DNA from: Gemmatimonadaceae bacterium
GTDB lineage: Bacteria; Gemmatimonadota; Gemmatimonadetes; Gemmatimonadales; Gemmatimonadaceae
Direction: 5' to 3'
DNA: 47,109 nucleotides
Assembly: GCA_033763905.1 (NCBI GenBank)
Contig: JANRJP010000133.1
Location: forward strand, 1 to 47,109
Positions 44,887 to 47,109 of the stretch are shown one piece after another. Within the stretch, counting starts at the first letter, position 1. Every line of letters begins with the position of its first letter. The translations under genes and the position numbers were made by a program. The notes under the pieces were generated by a model. The model had not been told where the DNA came from and did no database searches. It saw only the letters and a program-made list of their open reading frames with translations.

Positions 44887-45353
44887 GTGTGCCCGCCGTC
44901 CGTCTCGCGACCCCGGAACCCTCGATGAACGTCATCTCTTCCCTGCTGGGGCAGCTGGACAGCCAGCACGACGTTGTCATGCATTTTCCGCACGGGGTTT
45001 TCGGCTTTCCAGGGTGCCGCGCCTGGGTCATTGCGGATGCTGGTCGATCAGGACTCTACTGGTTGCAGTCCGCCGACGAACAATCACTGACCTTCTTGAT
45101 CGCCGATCCTTTCGTGTTCTTCCCCGACTACGTCGTGGATCTTGGCCACGGGGCGCTGGAGGAACTGGAGGCGACGTCGCCGACCGACGTGGCCGTGTTC
45201 GCAATCATTACGTTGCCCGGGCCCGTCGACCCGATGCCGACGGTGAATCTGCAGGGCCCGCTCGTCCTCAACTTGCGAGCGCGCCGAGGCATGCAACTCG
45301 TGTTGCAGGACAGTGCCTACGGCGTCCGCCAGGAGATCCACCTCGGCCCGTAG
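44883..45353 (+). CDS. fliW: Flagellar assembly factor FliW
   Basis: FPHGVFGF, WLQS, DPFVFFPDY and TVNLQGPLVLN motifs. Confidence 0.95.
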   Translation: MSVPAVRLATPEPSMNVISSLLGQLDSQHDVVMHFPHGVFGFPGCRAWVIADAGRSGLYWLQSADEQSLTFLIADPFVFFPDYVVDLGHGALEELEATSPTDVAVFAIITLPGPVDPMPTVNLQGPLVLNLRARRGMQLVLQDSAYGVRQEIHLGP

Positions 45354-45379
45354 CGCGCACACACCGCGCGGCCGGGCCG

Positions 45380-46879
45380 TCAGCGCGCCTGCTGCGCGTC
45401 GGCCAGTCCGGCACGGAGCATCGTGTCGACCTCGTGAACCACCGACGCCCAGTCGCCACGCGCTGGCTGCCGCCAGAGGCGCACCGATGGGTACCAGCCC
45501 GTCGTCTCGCCATGAGCCATCCAGCGCCAGTCCGGAACGAAGGGCAGCAGAATCCACGTCGGCACGCCGAGTGATCCGGCGATGTGCGCCACGGACGTGT
45601 CGACGGTGATCACGAGGTCGAGGAGCCGCACGGCCTGTGCGGTTTCCGAAAAGTCCGTGAGCATCGGGGCCAGATCGGAGATACGGGCCCGCAGCGCGGG
45701 CGGCAGCGTCCGGAGTTCGGCTTCTCGCGCGCCCTTCTGGAGCGAGAACCAGTGAATGCCCGGAATCTCGAGGAGCGGAGTCAGCGCTGCCAGGCCGATC
45801 GATCGGTTGCGGTCATTGTGATGTTTGGGTTCGCCCCCCCACACGAGCCCGACGCGTGCGTCCGGTACCTCGCACGCCGTTCGCAACGCCGCTGAAGGCT
45901 CGCCAACCTCAGCAAAGGGCGGCAGGGCATCGGCGAGCAGGTCGGCACCCGTGTTCAGCAGGAAGGGCAGACTCATCAAGTGCGCGGAGTAGTCGAACGG
46001 TGGCCGCGGGGCCCCCTTCGTGATGATCTCGTCGAGGTAGGGCGAGCGCCGCAACAGCGACACGAGCGGTGGGGATGCCTCGAAGATGACCCGTGCTCCT
46101 CGCGCCTTCAGCGGTTGGCAGTAGCGCAGAAACTGCACCTGATCGCCCAGTCCCTGTTCGAGTTGCACCAAGATGGTTTTGCCGTCGAGGGCTTCGCCGC
46201 GCCAGGGCACCCCGGGGAGATCCCGGAAGTGCCCGAGCCGCTTGGGCGATTCATGCCGCCGCTCCGCTGCGGCCCACGCTTCCGGCCATCGCCCCTCCAG
46301 AAACAGCAGCAACGCGCGGTTCCAGGCCACGGCATCATTGTCTGGATTCGCGGCGGCCAAGCGGTCGAACACACGTCTCGCGTCATCGAACCGTCCGAGG
46401 TCGTGGTAGGCGCACCCTTCAATGAAAGGGGCGTCCTCCAGGGTGGGGTCAAGCATCGCCGCGCGATGGCAGCAAGCGATGGCCTCGATCGGCTGGCCAA
46501 GTTCTCGCATGCTCCACGCGAGCGCGATCCAGCCCTCGGCATCGTGCGGTGCGAGGGCGGTCGCCTTCTGGTACCATCGGCCGGCTTCGGTGGGCCGGTG
46601 CGCCTGCTTGTAGGCGTGTCCGGTCAGCAAGGCGAGCGCCGACACCTTGGGGGCGAGCTCGGCGGCGCGCGAATAGGCCGCGATGGCACCCTCGACGTCG
46701 AACAGCGCAAGGCGCGCCGAGCCGAGAGTGGCAAGCGCTTCGATATCTGGAGGGCCGTGTCGGAGGAGTGCCTCGAGGAGCGAGACTGCTTCGGCGGGGC
46801 GGCCGGCGTCGTAGGCGGCGCGGGCGGCCTTGATGCGCGCAATACGGCGCGGGTCAGTGGCGAGAGCGGCGGGAGCCAT
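45380..46879 (-). CDS. TPR + GT9-like glycosyltransferase
   Basis: TPR repeats, then EQGLGDQVQFLRY, VGLVWGG.P.H.NDRNRS, LDLVITVDTSVAH and PDWRW. Confidence 0.88.
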   Translation of the reverse strand: MAPAALATDPRRIARIKAARAAYDAGRPAEAVSLLEALLRHGPPDIEALATLGSARLALFDVEGAIAAYSRAAELAPKVSALALLTGHAYKQAHRPTEAGRWYQKATALAPHDAEGWIALAWSMRELGQPIEAIACCHRAAMLDPTLEDAPFIEGCAYHDLGRFDDARRVFDRLAAANPDNDAVAWNRALLLFLEGRWPEAWAAAERRHESPKRLGHFRDLPGVPWRGEALDGKTILVQLEQGLGDQVQFLRYCQPLKARGARVIFEASPPLVSLLRRSPYLDEIITKGAPRPPFDYSAHLMSLPFLLNTGADLLADALPPFAEVGEPSAALRTACEVPDARVGLVWGGEPKHHNDRNRSIGLAALTPLLEIPGIHWFSLQKGAREAELRTLPPALRARISDLAPMLTDFSETAQAVRLLDLVITVDTSVAHIAGSLGVPTWILLPFVPDWRWMAHGETTGWYPSVRLWRQPARGDWASVVHEVDTMLRAGLADAQQAR

Positions 46880-46891
46880 GCCGAAGCTTGG

Positions 46892-46907
46892 TGCAGGTGT
46901 CGTGCCG
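46892..46907 (-). promoter_or_regulatory. Sigma54 promoter of the TPR-GT gene
   Basis: CGGCACGACACCTGCA (GG-N10-GC), about 12 nt upstream of the ATG. Confidence 0.65.
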
Positions 46908-46937
46908 TGGCGATGCGGGCAGAATTTCCGCTCGCGC

Positions 46938-46964
46938 TAAAGTCCCGGTGAACCGCGCCGATAC
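46938..46964 (+). promoter_or_regulatory. Sigma28 promoter of flagellin
   Basis: TAAA-N15-GCCGATAC, a near-consensus FliA promoter. Confidence 0.9.
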
Positions 46965-46976
46965 CGTGGTGTGAGA

Positions 46977-47042
46977 CGGGCGGAGAGCCCGCCCGCGGAG
47001 CACGGATGCTCCAAGAACCAGTGTCATTCATGGAGGAATGAC
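46977..47042 (+). promoter_or_regulatory. CsrA-binding GGA hairpins in the flagellin leader
   Basis: CGGGC-GGAGA-GCCCG, GGAGCA-CGGA-TGCTCC and GTCATTC-ATGGAG-GAATGAC; the last one covers the Shine-Dalgarno. Confidence 0.8.
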
Positions 47043-47045
47043 CAA

Positions 47046-47109
47046 ATGCGTATCAATACGAACGTTTCCGCCCTGCAGGCCAGCCGCAACGCCTTCATTT
47101 CGAACCGCG
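47046..47109 (+). CDS. fliC: Flagellin, 5' end only
   Basis: MRINTNVSALQASRN..., with GGAGG SD and a sigma28 promoter upstream. Confidence 0.92.
   Translation, partial: MRINTNVSALQASRNAFISNR

Noticed and set aside
1..47109. CRISPR arrays, tRNA/rRNA genes, IS elements
   Set aside because: No spaced direct repeats, RNA gene signatures or transposase ORFs were seen, and the intergenic gaps are short.

Overview
A high-GC window almost entirely filled by one bacterial flagellar supercluster. Gene content and protein style suggest Gemmatimonadota, which is an inference. From right to left on the minus strand: sigma54 activator, flgB-flgC-orf-fliE-fliF-fliG-fliH-fliI-fliJ-motE-like-fliK*-flgD-flgE, fliL-fliM-fliN-fliOP, fliQ-fliR-flhB-flhA-flhF-flhG-fliA-swrB-like, flgF-flgG-flgA-flgH-flgI-flgJ(rod-binding only)-flgN-flgK-csrA, then motA-motB. 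An EAL-HDOD gene and a histidine-kinase-like gene lie on the plus strand at the left. On the right are a glycosylation island, flgL-fliW and the start of a flagellin gene. The most striking feature is the gene in the fliK position: it has a FliK-like C-terminal domain and an internal, apparently intact M15 (L-Ala-D-Glu-type) zinc peptidoglycan peptidase, while FlgJ lacks its hydrolase domain. Other notable points: eight GG-N10-GC sigma54 promoters with a recurring CGGCA-N5-TGCCG palindrome that also covers the glycosylation genes, a probable ribofuranosyltransferase, a FliO-FliP fusion that retains an internal signal peptide, a Walker-A-defective FlhG with a minimal FlhF, a ChpT-like pseudokinase, and CsrA hairpins on the flagellin leader. 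All calls come from motif recognition and synteny; no database searches were run.
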